64,000 bases of DNA from Calditrichales bacterium (GCA_965267575.1 OZ254086.1:4668521-4732520); one strand, 5' to 3'. Shown: positions 27,152-37,704, numbered from the stretch's first letter. Notes: generated from the letters alone by a model not told the origin. Made by a program: numbers and translations.

Positions 27152-28450
27152 ATGAAATCAATCTTAAAAATCAGTTCCGTCTTTTTTCTGGCCATCCTGT
27201 TTACACTTACGGGATGCCAGGATCTCGACTTTCCCAGTCCCAACGCGCCGGTTGTAGAAAACGTACCGGATCAGGTGTTGATCAGCGGTGCACTTGCCGG
27301 CATGCGGACAGACCTTGCGATTTACCTGCGCTCCGTCGGCTCTGTTGGGCGAGAAGTCTATTATTTTGAACCTGCAGACCCGCGCTACAGCGGAAACCTG
27401 TTAACGGCCAAACCGGACCCGGGCGGCTTTCTTGTGCAGCGCCCCTGGACGGCACGCTACCGGGTAATTCTTAATTGCAACACGCTTATTGAAAGGGCTG
27501 AGTCGCGCTCAGGCGCGGGAGCCAACGGGCTAATTGGATTCGCTAAAACAATCAAAGCCTATCAGTTGCTTATGAATATCAGTTACATGTGGAGCAACGG
27601 CGTTAAGATCATTCAGTCTGATGATATCAATACGCCGGTTGCCACACTTACGGCCAGCCTGGCGGAAATAAATAAGCTTCTTGATGAAGCCAATACGGCC
27701 CTGGGCAATGCCGGTGATGCGTTTGAATTTTCGCTCACATCCGGTTTTGCTGGCTTTGATGATCCGGTAACTTTCGCCACATTTAACCGTGCCTTAAGAG
27801 CGCGGGCGGCCGCATATGGGGGTGATTGGGATGGCGTTCTTACAGCCCTGGCCAATTCATTTCTGGATGTGACCGCGCAGTTGACCGACGGCGTTTACCA
27901 CGTCTACGGAACCAGCCTCGGCGATCAGACCAATGAAATGTTCGAAACGCCGACGGCATCTTTTGTAAAGCTGATGGCGCATCCTTCCTTCCAGGCAGAT
28001 GCCGAAGCCGGGGATGAGCGCTTCGCTGCCAAAGTGCAGGTGCGTGATTTAAATGCGGACGGTACGCCGGATACAACCAAGTTCGATGATTTGGTCTCCA
28101 CAATGGCCGTTACAATTACAAACAGCAACACAGACCCTCTGCCGATTATCCGGAACGAAGAGCTGATTCTGCTGCGTGCTGAAGCTAACATCCAGAAGGA
28201 GTTGTTACCTGCGGCGCAAACGGACATAAACCTGATCCGCGCAGCATATGGGCTTGGTTCCGTAAACCTTACGGACAAGGCACAGGCAACGACACAAATG
28301 CTGCATGAAAGGCGCTATTCGCTGTTCATGGAGGGTCACCGCTGGGTGGATATGAGACGCTACAACCGTCTTGACCAGCTTCCGCTGGACCGCGACGGTG
28401 ACGCCGTGCTCGAATCCATGCCACTACCTGAATCCGAAATACCTGATTAA
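27152..28450 (+). CDS. SusD/RagB family lipoprotein
   Basis: Lipobox LTGC; IIRNEELILLRAEA, ERRYSLFMEGHRWVDMRR. Confidence 0.93.
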   Translation: MKSILKISSVFFLAILFTLTGCQDLDFPSPNAPVVENVPDQVLISGALAGMRTDLAIYLRSVGSVGREVYYFEPADPRYSGNLLTAKPDPGGFLVQRPWTARYRVILNCNTLIERAESRSGAGANGLIGFAKTIKAYQLLMNISYMWSNGVKIIQSDDINTPVATLTASLAEINKLLDEANTALGNAGDAFEFSLTSGFAGFDDPVTFATFNRALRARAAAYGGDWDGVLTALANSFLDVTAQLTDGVYHVYGTSLGDQTNEMFETPTASFVKLMAHPSFQADAEAGDERFAAKVQVRDLNADGTPDTTKFDDLVSTMAVTITNSNTDPLPIIRNEELILLRAEANIQKELLPAAQTDINLIRAAYGLGSVNLTDKAQATTQMLHERRYSLFMEGHRWVDMRRYNRLDQLPLDRDGDAVLESMPLPESEIPD

Positions 28451-28468
28451 TAAGAGGACTCAAAAAAC

Positions 28469-28499
28469 AAAACCCCGGTCACTTCGGCCGGGGTTTTTT
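28469..28499 (+). terminator. Bidirectional terminator
   Basis: aaaaccccgg...ccggggttttt. Confidence 0.8.
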
Positions 28500-28573
28500 A
28501 TTTTGCACCGGTGCTTTTAATGCACAGAACACATCAAGACTGGATTACACCAAACTGCAAGATGAGATATTCA

Positions 28574-29635
28574 CTAAAGTTTTATCTCAATTCCAAAGCG
28601 TGGTTTGGCGCGGATCTTTCTTTTAAACGGGCTGACGTCATTCACAACAGCATCACCGATGGCGAAGCCGCTTTTTAGTTCATTGGCAAATTCGAAACTG
28701 TATCCGGCAAACGCGTGAATATCGATGCCGCTGACAGCAACACCGCCGCCGACTCCTATGAGGGGTTCAAACAAACTGGCAATGCGAAAGCCCGCCAGCA
28801 GGTGAAAAGAGTTACCAAACGTTTTGTTTTTGGTATCGATCGGGACAAAGTGATAATTGATTACGGCAAAACCGGCCGGGTCGGCATCCGGTTTGGGCCG
28901 CGCGATGATCGTACCGTCATCACCCACGATCAGGTCAACATCGCGCACGCTGGTGACGGCCATAGCCAGACCAAAGCTCCAGCGCTCTTTGGCCGTATTG
29001 TCAAAAACGGTCTGCGCCAGCACCGTCTCCGCCGATAAATCCTTCTTCACCATAATCGACAGATCGCTGAATTTGCGGTATGTCTTCGGAACAGTAAACT
29101 GCCGCACATCCACCCAGACGCGGTTTTCGCCATCGTAGGCCTGGGCAACGGGCACATCCTGCAGGGTGCCGAAAAGCAATCCCAAAAAAGTGGGCAATTG
29201 CTGCGAAAATGGAGAATCCTTGGCGGTTGCCATCAGCGAAACAAAAGAACCGGGCTCGTCCGCGGCGGTTATAAAAATATAGTATAGATTGTCTTCTTCC
29301 AGTCCGTACAACCGCGTGTTAAGAAAATCCGCATTTTCACCATGCAGCATTCCGATGGGCACAAACGAATCTTTAAAATGAGCAACGGTGATATAATGCG
29401 CGTTGGGGTCAAGCTCATAGCCGGCCTCCGTAATTACCTGGCGCAGATTGTAAATGGCGCTGTCCATAAAACCTTCATGAAACCAGCGGTATGCCTTGCC
29501 AAAATATTGCTGCGAATCATCCAGCATGAACGGCGCCCCGCTAACACGCTGCGGTACTAGAATAGTGCGTTCCTGCGCGAATGTTGAAACGGCAATAGAA
29601 AACAGAACGGTGATAACAAGAAAAAAGCGATACAT
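28574..29635 (-). CDS. Secreted or outer-membrane hypothetical protein
   Basis: Signal peptide; amphipathic beta-strand C-terminus ending FGIEIKL. Confidence 0.65.
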   Translation of the reverse strand: MYRFFLVITVLFSIAVSTFAQERTILVPQRVSGAPFMLDDSQQYFGKAYRWFHEGFMDSAIYNLRQVITEAGYELDPNAHYITVAHFKDSFVPIGMLHGENADFLNTRLYGLEEDNLYYIFITAADEPGSFVSLMATAKDSPFSQQLPTFLGLLFGTLQDVPVAQAYDGENRVWVDVRQFTVPKTYRKFSDLSIMVKKDLSAETVLAQTVFDNTAKERWSFGLAMAVTSVRDVDLIVGDDGTIIARPKPDADPAGFAVINYHFVPIDTKNKTFGNSFHLLAGFRIASLFEPLIGVGGGVAVSGIDIHAFAGYSFEFANELKSGFAIGDAVVNDVSPFKRKIRAKPRFGIEIKL

Positions 29636-29715
29636 GAAGCCTCCTGGGTGGTACGTGGATAGCAGAATTTCTTATTTTGAACAACCGATGGCAAATGAAA
29701 CAGGAGATATCAGCA

Positions 29716-30741
29716 ATGAAAGCAATCCGCATACATGAACATGGCTCGGTTGATGTATTGAAAATTGAGGATCTGGCCATTCCCGAACCGGGCAAAGGCG
29801 AAGTGCGACTGCGGGTAAAATGCGCCGCGCTGAACCACCTTGATGTCTGGGTGCGTAACGGCATTCCGGGTGTCCCTCTGCCAATAATCATGGGTAATGA
29901 TGCTGCCGGGATCGTAGACGCCATCGGGCCGGATGTAACCATGGCTGCCGTCGGCGATGAGGTGATCAATGTGCCTATCCGTGTGCCGCACGGCGACCCG
30001 CTGATTGCCCTGAACCGCGAAAACCTGTCGCCGGAATTCAGCATACCCGGCGAGCACATGGACGGCACGCAGGCCGAATATATCATCGTGCCGCAGAATT
30101 ATGTGCTGCCTAAACCGCGCCCGCTAAACTGGGAAGAAGCGGCTGCTTTTCCGCTGGTGGGTATGACGGCTTTTCACATGCTGATGCGTAAAGAAGCCCT
30201 TCCTTCGGGAAGCAAGCTGCTTGTATACGGCGCTTCCAGCGGCGTGGGGCATATGGCGGTTCAGATTGCCAAAGCACTGGGACACACTGTTATCACCACG
30301 GCGGGCAGCGATGAAAAAGTGCAGCAGGCCAAAAAGCTCGGCGCGGACCATGTGATACACTACAAGAAGGAGCCGATCGGCAAAACAGTACGCGAGATTA
30401 CAGGCGGGCTGGGCGTGGATTTGGTTCTGGAACACCCCGGCGCCGCGACATGGAAAGATTCGCTGCGCAGCCTGAAAACAGGTGGCGCAATTGTAACCTG
30501 CGGCGCTACTACGGGCCCTAAAGTGGAGATTGACCTGCGGGCCGTGTTCATCAAACACCAGAAAATAATAGGCAGTACGATGGGTACATTACAGGACATG
30601 AAGGAAGTTTGCCACATGATTGAACAAGGCAGCGTGCGCCCGGTAGTGAGCAAAGTGTACGATTACGAAAGCATCCGCGAAGCCCATGAAGAGCTGGAAA
30701 CCGGCGATCACTTCGGCAAACTGGTGATCCGCTTCCCCTGA
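29716..30741 (+). CDS. MDR-family (zinc-binding dehydrogenase / quinone oxidoreductase) protein
   Basis: MKAIRI, ALNHLD, GNDAAG, GASSGVG, GSTMG, HFGKLVI. Confidence 0.9.
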   Translation: MKAIRIHEHGSVDVLKIEDLAIPEPGKGEVRLRVKCAALNHLDVWVRNGIPGVPLPIIMGNDAAGIVDAIGPDVTMAAVGDEVINVPIRVPHGDPLIALNRENLSPEFSIPGEHMDGTQAEYIIVPQNYVLPKPRPLNWEEAAAFPLVGMTAFHMLMRKEALPSGSKLLVYGASSGVGHMAVQIAKALGHTVITTAGSDEKVQQAKKLGADHVIHYKKEPIGKTVREITGGLGVDLVLEHPGAATWKDSLRSLKTGGAIVTCGATTGPKVEIDLRAVFIKHQKIIGSTMGTLQDMKEVCHMIEQGSVRPVVSKVYDYESIREAHEELETGDHFGKLVIRFP

Positions 30742-30743
30742 GG

Positions 30744-31721
30744 TTATTGACGCAGAAACCAGCGCACCAGGTCAACATTGTCCACAATACTCCAGGTGTG
30801 CGGCGACGCGTTTTCTTCATATCCGGTGCGGCGGGCGTGGGTGGTCACCAGTTCGGCATGCTCATTGCCCAGCAGCTTTAGCGTGTTAATTAGCGCGGCC
30901 ATATCCAGCGAATTCATCTGGTAGTAGCTCTTACGGCGATTCTCGATCCACCAGTTAATGTCAGGCTCATGGTAGGCACGGATTGGCAGGTCGCTAAGCC
31001 AGACGGCGTTTCCGCCCTTTTCCGCGGTATGGGAATAAGGTGAATATTTTTGATAGGCGGCGATGCTTTCAAGGGGTGTACCGCCCAAATTTTCCTCCAG
31101 CATATAACTTACCCAGCGCCCCTCCCCGGCAGCGGCAGGATGGAAGTCATCAGCAATGGCGCGCTGCTCGGCATACCAGAAACGTTCCATATCCAAAGGC
31201 GCATCCACAATGGCCACAGCCCGCAGATTCAGGTCAAAAACGTCTTCATACTTGTTGATGTGAATGGCCATTTTCAGGGCACGTGTACCGGCCAGAGACA
31301 ATCCCGCCAGGAAAAGCGGCTTGTCCGACCAGCCTTTTTCCACCAACAGCTTCTCTACACGGCGGCAAACGCTTTCGGTTACACTGTCACTAAAGAAAAA
31401 ATCCAGCGGGTTGCCCGTGGTGACGCGCAAAATGGCCAGCCGCTCATGCAATGCGATTTGCTCAAAACTGCCGGGCGCGATTGTATCGGTTTTAACGCGC
31501 CAGCCGTCGGGCAGCACCACCACCCCGTTCATGGCGCCGGCAGCCGGAATGATCCAGGTATGACCGCTGTCGGTCTTTGCAATGGTTTGCGATTGTTCCG
31601 GACCAATACGCAGCTCGCCTTCCACGGGAGCATAAGCCTCCGTAATAACCGGCATTAAATGCTGAGCAGCCGAAAAAGCAATCGCCCCAAAAAGAAAAAA
31701 TAAAACCGTGCGCAGGCACAT
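30744..31721 (-). CDS. Secreted alpha/beta-hydrolase-fold protein
   Basis: Signal peptide; GLSLAG nucleophile elbow; C-terminal PHTWSIVD. Confidence 0.65.
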   Translation of the reverse strand: MCLRTVLFFLFGAIAFSAAQHLMPVITEAYAPVEGELRIGPEQSQTIAKTDSGHTWIIPAAGAMNGVVVLPDGWRVKTDTIAPGSFEQIALHERLAILRVTTGNPLDFFFSDSVTESVCRRVEKLLVEKGWSDKPLFLAGLSLAGTRALKMAIHINKYEDVFDLNLRAVAIVDAPLDMERFWYAEQRAIADDFHPAAAGEGRWVSYMLEENLGGTPLESIAAYQKYSPYSHTAEKGGNAVWLSDLPIRAYHEPDINWWIENRRKSYYQMNSLDMAALINTLKLLGNEHAELVTTHARRTGYEENASPHTWSIVDNVDLVRWFLRQ

Positions 31722-31856
31722 AACTCCCCCGTTTCTTTAAAAACAATCTAAACATAAGGCAAAAAACTTCATTTTGCTGTTGAACAATGAATTTCGAGGT
31801 GTTAAGTTAATGACATGTGTGTTATGTATAATTAACATTGGTATTACACCATCAAC

Positions 31857-32933
31857 ATGGAGCCTTGTACTATGACCAAATGGAGTTTATTACTGCTGCT
31901 GCTTTTCTCATCTGCTGCTTTAGCTCAGGATGATTTGTTTTTTGAACCGACCACTACGATTGGCGGTTACGGCGAATTGCATTACAACGCTGTCACACCC
32001 GACGGCGGCGAAACCAATAAGACGCTCGATTTTCACAGGTTTGTTCTGTTTTATGGACACGCCTGGACAGAAAAGTGGAGCTTTAAGGCCGAAGTGGAAC
32101 TGGAGCATAACTTTGTCCAGGATGGCCAGGGCGAGCTGGAACTGGAGCAGGCTTACGTGAATTATCATCATGCCGATTGGTTTGGTTTCCAGGCCGGTGT
32201 GGTTCTGCCTTCCGCCGGTTTACTGAATGAATATCACGAACCGCCTTTGTTCCTCTCCGTGGAGCGTCCCGACTACAATAAAAACATTATACCGACCACC
32301 TGGTTTGGCAACGGCGCTGCCGTTTACGGTAACTACAATAACTTTGATTATAAAGTGACCGTCATGGAAGGCATCGACGCTTTGGGTATCAGTGCGAGCA
32401 GCGGCTTCCGCGGCGGACGCATGAAAGGCTATAAGTCCAACGCCAACGAACTGCTCTATAATGCCCGCGTGGACTACCTCGGCATGCCCGGTTTGCGTGT
32501 CGGCGCTTCCTTCTCCACAACCACGGCAACCTCCGGAGACAGTATTTCCATTGGCATGAGCCTGGTGGAAGGCCACTTAAAATACGATGCCAATAATGTG
32601 ATCGTTATTGCCGAATACGGCATGCTGAATTATGATAGCGGCGTTATCGAAAGCGGCATGGGCTACTATATTGATCTCGGTTACGATGTGGCTCCGCTGA
32701 TTGACTGCAGCGGCCGGCTGATCCCCTTCTTCCGCTACACGGATTACAACGCCGGCGATGCCCGCCGCGACGGTTCCGATCCGGCAGCGTCTCACATCAG
32801 CAAATGGCTGCTGGGCGTGAGTTATCTGCCGATCCCGCAGGTGGCATTTAAGGCCGACTACGGCGTGCAAACCGTGGAGCTGGGCAGCGCCGAAACCACG
32901 TTGTTCAATCTTGGCGTAGGATACATGTTCTAA
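31857..32933 (+). CDS. Outer membrane porin (OprO/P-like)
   Basis: GGYGELHYN, DFHRFVL, EVELEH, NEYHEP, IPTTW; terminal Phe. Confidence 0.85.
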   Translation: MEPCTMTKWSLLLLLLFSSAALAQDDLFFEPTTTIGGYGELHYNAVTPDGGETNKTLDFHRFVLFYGHAWTEKWSFKAEVELEHNFVQDGQGELELEQAYVNYHHADWFGFQAGVVLPSAGLLNEYHEPPLFLSVERPDYNKNIIPTTWFGNGAAVYGNYNNFDYKVTVMEGIDALGISASSGFRGGRMKGYKSNANELLYNARVDYLGMPGLRVGASFSTTTATSGDSISIGMSLVEGHLKYDANNVIVIAEYGMLNYDSGVIESGMGYYIDLGYDVAPLIDCSGRLIPFFRYTDYNAGDARRDGSDPAASHISKWLLGVSYLPIPQVAFKADYGVQTVELGSAETTLFNLGVGYMF

Positions 32934-32935
32934 AT

Positions 32936-33481
32936 ATGCGTAAACCGCTAATCATTTTATGTGTCGTCTGGGCCGGTGCGGTTGCGCCGGCCTTTGGCGG
33001 CATTAAGGAAAACAGTGAACAGATTTTGAACAGCCGCTTTAACGGCGACGGCGCCCTGCACTTCTTTAAAATAGATTTGCCGGTTGCCGTACGCGACAGC
33101 GCCGAGCGGGCCGCGCGGCAACGCTTTTTTAGCGATTATGTTTACGCCTGGCGTGTGGACCGCGGCGACAGCACCTTTTACGCCGTGCTGGACAATGTAA
33201 AAGGCAAATCATTACCGATTACTTTTATGGTTGTCTTTAACGGAGAAGGTAAAGTGGACCTGACGCGGGTGGTTAAGTACCGCGAGCCCGTCGGTGGCGC
33301 CGTGGGCAACCTCAGCTGGCTGGAGCAGTTTATCGGCAAAAACGCCCTCTCCGGATACAGCGTCGGGTCGGATGTAGACGGTATCAGCGGCGCGACCATC
33401 TCCGTGCACGCCATGAGCAAGGGCATTCAAAAACTGACCCACATTTTTTCGTACCTGCAAACGGAGCTGGATAAACGTTGA
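32936..33481 (+). CDS. Extracytoplasmic FMN-binding (flavinylated) protein
   Basis: GK..PIT.MV, YRE..G, W..QF.GK, DGISGATIS flavinylation motif. Confidence 0.85.
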   Translation: MRKPLIILCVVWAGAVAPAFGGIKENSEQILNSRFNGDGALHFFKIDLPVAVRDSAERAARQRFFSDYVYAWRVDRGDSTFYAVLDNVKGKSLPITFMVVFNGEGKVDLTRVVKYREPVGGAVGNLSWLEQFIGKNALSGYSVGSDVDGISGATISVHAMSKGIQKLTHIFSYLQTELDKR

Positions 33482-33987
33482 GCGACTTTTCCCTGCACAG
33501 CATTCAACTATCAAAACTGGACAAAACCTTGCGGCACTTTCTGGCCGCTTTTCTTGTTTTAGTGACCATTGCCGTTTTGGTGGGTTTGATCTACGTGCAG
33601 CAAACATCGGGCACACGCGGCAGCACGGTAGTAGAACACATTGCCGGAGAACAGCAAAACGACCCGCTGGAAATACCGGAAAAGTACCCAAAGACATCCG
33701 GCGAACTACTGCTGACGACGCACAATCATCTGTTTGGTTTTTCTTTTATCTTTCTCACGGTTGGCTTTCTTTTTCTTTTCAACCGCACAATCGGCGGTGG
33801 CTGGAAGTATTTCCTGGCCGTTGAACCCTTTCTCTCCGTTTTGCTTACCTTTGGAGGTTTCTGGCTGATCCGCTACGTCTCCCCTCATTTTGTCTATCTT
33901 GTTTTTCCGGCAGCGGCGCTCACCTATGGCTGCTATTTTATCATGGTGGCTGTATTGCTGTATGAATTGCTTATTCAAAAAAGTTAA
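33478..33987 (+). CDS. Four-TM membrane protein with a THNHLFG motif (possible heme binding)
   Basis: Overlaps the previous stop; hydrophobic helices; His pair. Confidence 0.6.
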   Translation: MSDFSLHSIQLSKLDKTLRHFLAAFLVLVTIAVLVGLIYVQQTSGTRGSTVVEHIAGEQQNDPLEIPEKYPKTSGELLLTTHNHLFGFSFIFLTVGFLFLFNRTIGGGWKYFLAVEPFLSVLLTFGGFWLIRYVSPHFVYLVFPAAALTYGCYFIMVAVLLYELLIQKS

Positions 33988-34044
33988 ATTGGAAAATTCA
34001 GCGGAATTTACTACCATTATGTGGTGCGTGATTTGAGGGGATAG

Positions 34045-34938
34045 ATGTATCGCGGTTATTTTGCCGCCCTTGCGGCGTATGTATTCTGGGGCCTTTCTCC
34101 CATATACTGGAAACTCCTGGACAAGGTGCCGGCATTCGAGATTCTGAACCACCGGATCATCTGGTCCCTGCCTTTTCTGTTATTGCTTGTCGTTAGCAGC
34201 AAATACAGCCAGATCCGCAAAAAGATCAAAGCCAATCCGCGCAAGGTTCTTGTCTATGTGATCAGCGCGCTGCTGCTGGCGGTAAACTGGTTTACCTATG
34301 TGTGGGCGGTTAACAGCGGCTTTATCGTGGAAGCGAGCCTGGGCTATTTTATCAATCCGCTGGTAAATGTTTTTCTTGGAGTACTTTTATTAAAGGAGAG
34401 ATTGCGCACAACGCAGGTTTTAGCCCTTGTTTTGGCGCTTGGCGGCGTTGGCTACCTGACGTTTAATTACGGACACTTCCCGTGGGTGGCGCTAACGCTG
34501 GCCTTTTCTTTTGGCCTGTACGGCCTTATCCGTAAAACCGGCATGCTCGACTCGCTGGAAGGCCTGACCACCGAAATGGCTATCCTGTTTTTGCCGGCCG
34601 TTATTATTCTTGGGGAAAAGGCCGCACATCATACGGCTGTGTTTATGCAGGAAGGCTGGCTGACCTTTTTTATGCTTTTTATCACCGGTATCTTTACGGC
34701 CCTGCCGCTTATCTGGTTTGCATATGGTGCGCGACGGGTTACGCTTACAAGCATGGGCTTTATGCAGTACATCGCGCCCACGCTGCAGTTTGTGCTGGGT
34801 GTTTTCATCTACCACGAAGAGTTTACCTTCAACCGCCTGATCGGCTTTAGCTTTATCTGGAGCGCTTTAATACTCTACTCCTTTGAAACGGTTTACGTGC
34901 TCAACCGCCGGCGCAATCAAAAATTAGGCAGCACCTGA
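34045..34938 (+). CDS. rarD: EamA-family transporter RarD
   Basis: AY..WG..P.YWK, HRIIWS, EASLGYFINPL, QYIAPTLQF. Confidence 0.92.
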   Translation: MYRGYFAALAAYVFWGLSPIYWKLLDKVPAFEILNHRIIWSLPFLLLLVVSSKYSQIRKKIKANPRKVLVYVISALLLAVNWFTYVWAVNSGFIVEASLGYFINPLVNVFLGVLLLKERLRTTQVLALVLALGGVGYLTFNYGHFPWVALTLAFSFGLYGLIRKTGMLDSLEGLTTEMAILFLPAVIILGEKAAHHTAVFMQEGWLTFFMLFITGIFTALPLIWFAYGARRVTLTSMGFMQYIAPTLQFVLGVFIYHEEFTFNRLIGFSFIWSALILYSFETVYVLNRRRNQKLGST

Positions 34939-34950
34939 CCCGGCAAAATT

Positions 34951-35358
34951 TCAATCGTAATCCGGACGCTCTTCGGGTATATCGATGTAAATGCCCTTTT
35001 CAATGCCGATGCCGGGCAGGTCTTCACGGTAATAGCGGATGAGAATGAATGTGGTATCGCTGTCTGCAATTACAACCCGCGTCTCGCGCCGGTCATTTAC
35101 TTCCACGGCCAGGTGATGCAGGCTTTGCGTACTTTCCAGCTCTATGATCTCGGCCAGGCTCCACACATCCAGGGTAACGGCAGGGCCGTAAAAAACAACG
35201 CGGTTATCCCACTCCACTCGTACGATCTCCCCATTAAAATCGCTTTGCAGGTGAAACTCCACCAATGTTTCCGGCGCTGCCGTATTATTGCTGTCGCTCG
35301 CTTGCTCGTCGCAGCCCAGCAACGCAAAAATCACGATTATCAGGAACAGCTTTTTCAT
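34951..35358 (-). CDS. Lipoprotein of unknown function
   Basis: Lipobox LLGC. Confidence 0.65.
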   Translation of the reverse strand: MKKLFLIIVIFALLGCDEQASDSNNTAAPETLVEFHLQSDFNGEIVRVEWDNRVVFYGPAVTLDVWSLAEIIELESTQSLHHLAVEVNDRRETRVVIADSDTTFILIRYYREDLPGIGIEKGIYIDIPEERPDYD

Positions 35359-35479
35359 AATGGTCCCTCCATTTTCTGCACATATTTTAAAATCGCCAAA
35401 AGATAAATTCCAGAATATCTGCAGTCAGCAGAAAAAAATCCCCCTGCATTTCTCTTACAGAGGGATAGATACTAATTTG

Positions 35480-36265
35480 TTACTTTTTGCCGCTCACCGT
35501 GATGCTGTAGATGCCGCTTTGGCCCTTGCCCCATTCGGCGAGTTCATCCTTATCCAGGTGTTCCTGCAAAAACGCCGGTGGAAGATCAATAACGCGCCTG
35601 CTCTTAATTTCAATATCTTTCAGGCCGCTTGTACGGGCGCTTTGCAGATACGCCTCTTCCTGCAGCGCGCCGGCCACACATCCCGCATAGGCCGCGGCCG
35701 AGTTGCGCAGGCTGTCCGGCATATCGCCTTTAACAACAATATCCGAAACGACAAAGCGGCCGCCCTCTTTCAGTACGCGTGTTATCTCGGAAAATGCCGC
35801 GTGTTTGTCCGGCACAAGATTCAGCACGCAGTTGCTGATCACCAGGTCGATGGAGTTGTCGTCAACCGGCAATGCTTCGATCTCGCCAAGACGGAAATCC
35901 ACATTATCGAAACCCAGCTTTTGTTTGTTACGATTAGCCTGCTCCACCATCTCTGTTGTCATATCAACGCCGATAACGTAGCCGCTTTCGCCAACCAGCG
36001 ACCGTGCCACGAAGACGTCGTTTCCGGCGCCGCTGCCTAAGTCCAGCACCGTTTCACCGGGCTGAATAGCGGCATGCTGTGTGGGAATACCGCAGCCCAG
36101 GCCCAGGTCGGCTTCGGCAACGTAGCCCTGCTGACCGCTATAGCTTTCGGCCATGGTGATCTCCTGTTTGCTGCCGCACCCGCAGCCGCAGCCCTGCTTT
36201 TTCTCACGTGCAATCTCGCCATATTTTTGTTTTACTACATTGTGGATTTGTTCTTTGGTTTGCAT
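35480..36265 (-). CDS. arsM: Arsenite S-adenosylmethyltransferase
   Basis: LGLGCG.P, VLDLGSGAG.D, ISNCVLNL.PDK, AGCVAGA; downstream of arsR. Confidence 0.92.
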   Translation of the reverse strand: MQTKEQIHNVVKQKYGEIAREKKQGCGCGCGSKQEITMAESYSGQQGYVAEADLGLGCGIPTQHAAIQPGETVLDLGSGAGNDVFVARSLVGESGYVIGVDMTTEMVEQANRNKQKLGFDNVDFRLGEIEALPVDDNSIDLVISNCVLNLVPDKHAAFSEITRVLKEGGRFVVSDIVVKGDMPDSLRNSAAAYAGCVAGALQEEAYLQSARTSGLKDIEIKSRRVIDLPPAFLQEHLDKDELAEWGKGQSGIYSITVSGKK

Positions 36266-36282
36266 ATATACTCCTTGGAATA

Positions 36283-36350
36283 TGTGTTAAAGTGTTAGTG
36301 TGTTTATGTGTTAAGGTGTTACAGTTTCCTGATCGTGATCATGATCTTAC
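36283..36350 (-). repeat. GATCA repeats plus a (TAACACNN)n array, same layout as 16968-17070
   Basis: Minus strand gatcatgatcacgatcagg...taacaccttaacacataaacacactaacactttaacac. Confidence 0.75.
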
Positions 36351-36391
36351 TCCATCTTCTACTTTATCCATCCATCCCTGTCCGTGATTTT

Positions 36392-36709
36392 TCAGCAGCA
36401 TTTGAGCCCGGCAAATAGTGCGTCAAAATAGTCGCGGGCGGTTTTTAGGGCTTCTTCATTCAGGCAATAGCAGACCCTTGGCCCGTCGATTTCGCCTTTG
36501 ATCAGTCCGGCATTTTTCAGCTCACGCAGGTGCTGCGACACGGTGGCCTGGGCCAGCGGCAGTTCGTTTACCAGCGAGCCGACGATGCAGGCGTTTTTCT
36601 CGGCAATAACCTGCAGAATACGCAGGCGCGCCGGATGGGCCAGTGCCTTGGCCATCGCCGCCAGTTGCACTTCCCTGCTGCTGAATAATTGTGATTTGTT
36701 TTGCGCCAT
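36392..36709 (-). CDS. arsR: ArsR/SmtB family repressor
   Basis: [32 protein letters not shown]-terminal CC. Confidence 0.92.
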   Translation of the reverse strand: MAQNKSQLFSSREVQLAAMAKALAHPARLRILQVIAEKNACIVGSLVNELPLAQATVSQHLRELKNAGLIKGEIDGPRVCYCLNEEALKTARDYFDALFAGLKCC

Positions 36710-36730
36710 GTTTGTCTCTCTGTTTACGTA

Positions 36731-36746
36731 TATCGTAAATATACGA
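36731..36746. promoter_or_regulatory. Probable ArsR operator
   Basis: Palindrome atcgta-aata-tacgat about 20 nt upstream of arsR. Confidence 0.55.
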
Positions 36747-36781
36747 TTAAATAATCCCTAAACAACATTTTTTTGTAGGTC

Positions 36782-37051
36782 TTAACCGGCATTGCCTTTA
36801 ACGCTCAGCACGGCCTGCCACTCTTCAAAAGTTTTGGTATCGATAAACAGGTCGAAATAGGGTTCGTATTTGGCCTCGACATTATCGATATAGCTTTGCA
36901 GTTCGCTTTCAGTTTCTTGGGCCTTACCCTTTCCTTTAACATATACATCAAACTGGTGCTTCCTGTAACCCTTTCCACGGGCATCATTTTCGACAATGTA
37001 TTGCGTAAAATCAAAGTTCACGAGTTCGTCTGCCCCGCATCTTGTTGCCAA
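36782..37051 (-). pseudogene. 3' fragment of an unknown gene, fused back-to-back with the integrase fragment
   Basis: Protein-like frame with no RBS, ending at the same junction as the integrase fragment. Confidence 0.4.
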
Positions 37052-37352
37052 AGAAATTCTGAGCGAACAGAAGCTTCGAAACGCTTCGATCGATTATGTA
37101 TTTAACCTGATTCCCTCTGAGAACGAGATCAACAGGCACATCAAGAACTGGGTTGAAAGCGCCGGTATACAAAAGAAGATCACCTTCCACATTGCCCGGC
37201 ACACGTTCGCCACCCTGCTCCTTTCCTCCGATGTCAATATTTATGAAGTATCGCAGCTATTAGGGCACAAAAACGTGCGGGAAACGCACATCTATGCCAA
37301 CCTTATAGATAAGAAACGTGATGAAGCGGTAATGAAGTTGCCGTCGATATAG
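37045..37352 (+). pseudogene. C-terminal fragment of a tyrosine recombinase (integrase)
   Basis: KKITFHIARHTFATLLL...VSQLLGH......IYA; the N-terminal part including the first catalytic Arg is missing. Confidence 0.9.
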
Positions 37353-37569
37353 GTTCGGTAAAACCATATTTGGCTTTAAAAGAGCAAAGTCAGAATCGTG
37401 AATTCTGGGCGTTATTAGTCTTATAATAGACTCCCGTGAGAGACGGATTTTGAGTATAACCGACGGTCTTTTACTGATTTTTAAAGCCGTTTCAAGATGT
37501 TGTTTTTAATACACTTAAGAAAGGAAATAATTTTTCAAAATGATTGCTATTCTTGCCCAAAATTGCACC

Positions 37570-37598
37570 AAGTGTTACCATTATGTTACCACTTGTAG
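37570..37598 (+). mobile_element. Possible integrative-element end
   Basis: aagtgttaccattatgttaccacttgtag (tandem TGTTACCA) about 220 bp after the integrase stop. Confidence 0.4.
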
Positions 37599-37704
37599 CG
37601 ATGAATGGAACACCCATAAGCTGCGCCACCGGAATAATCAATTTAGTATCTTTGTGCAGTTAAGATACCTTTTGAGGATCCCGGTGCAGCTTTTATTTTG
37701 AGTT

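Noticed and set aside
36996..37352. Integrase fragment as the intI serving the attC site
   Set aside because: It is truncated, about 25 kb from the attI-like site, and resembles ICE/phage-type integrases with no visible IntI-specific insertion
37617..37695. Long imperfect hairpin as an ncRNA or tRNA
   Set aside because: No cloverleaf; its position right after the 37705 stop is explained by a terminator
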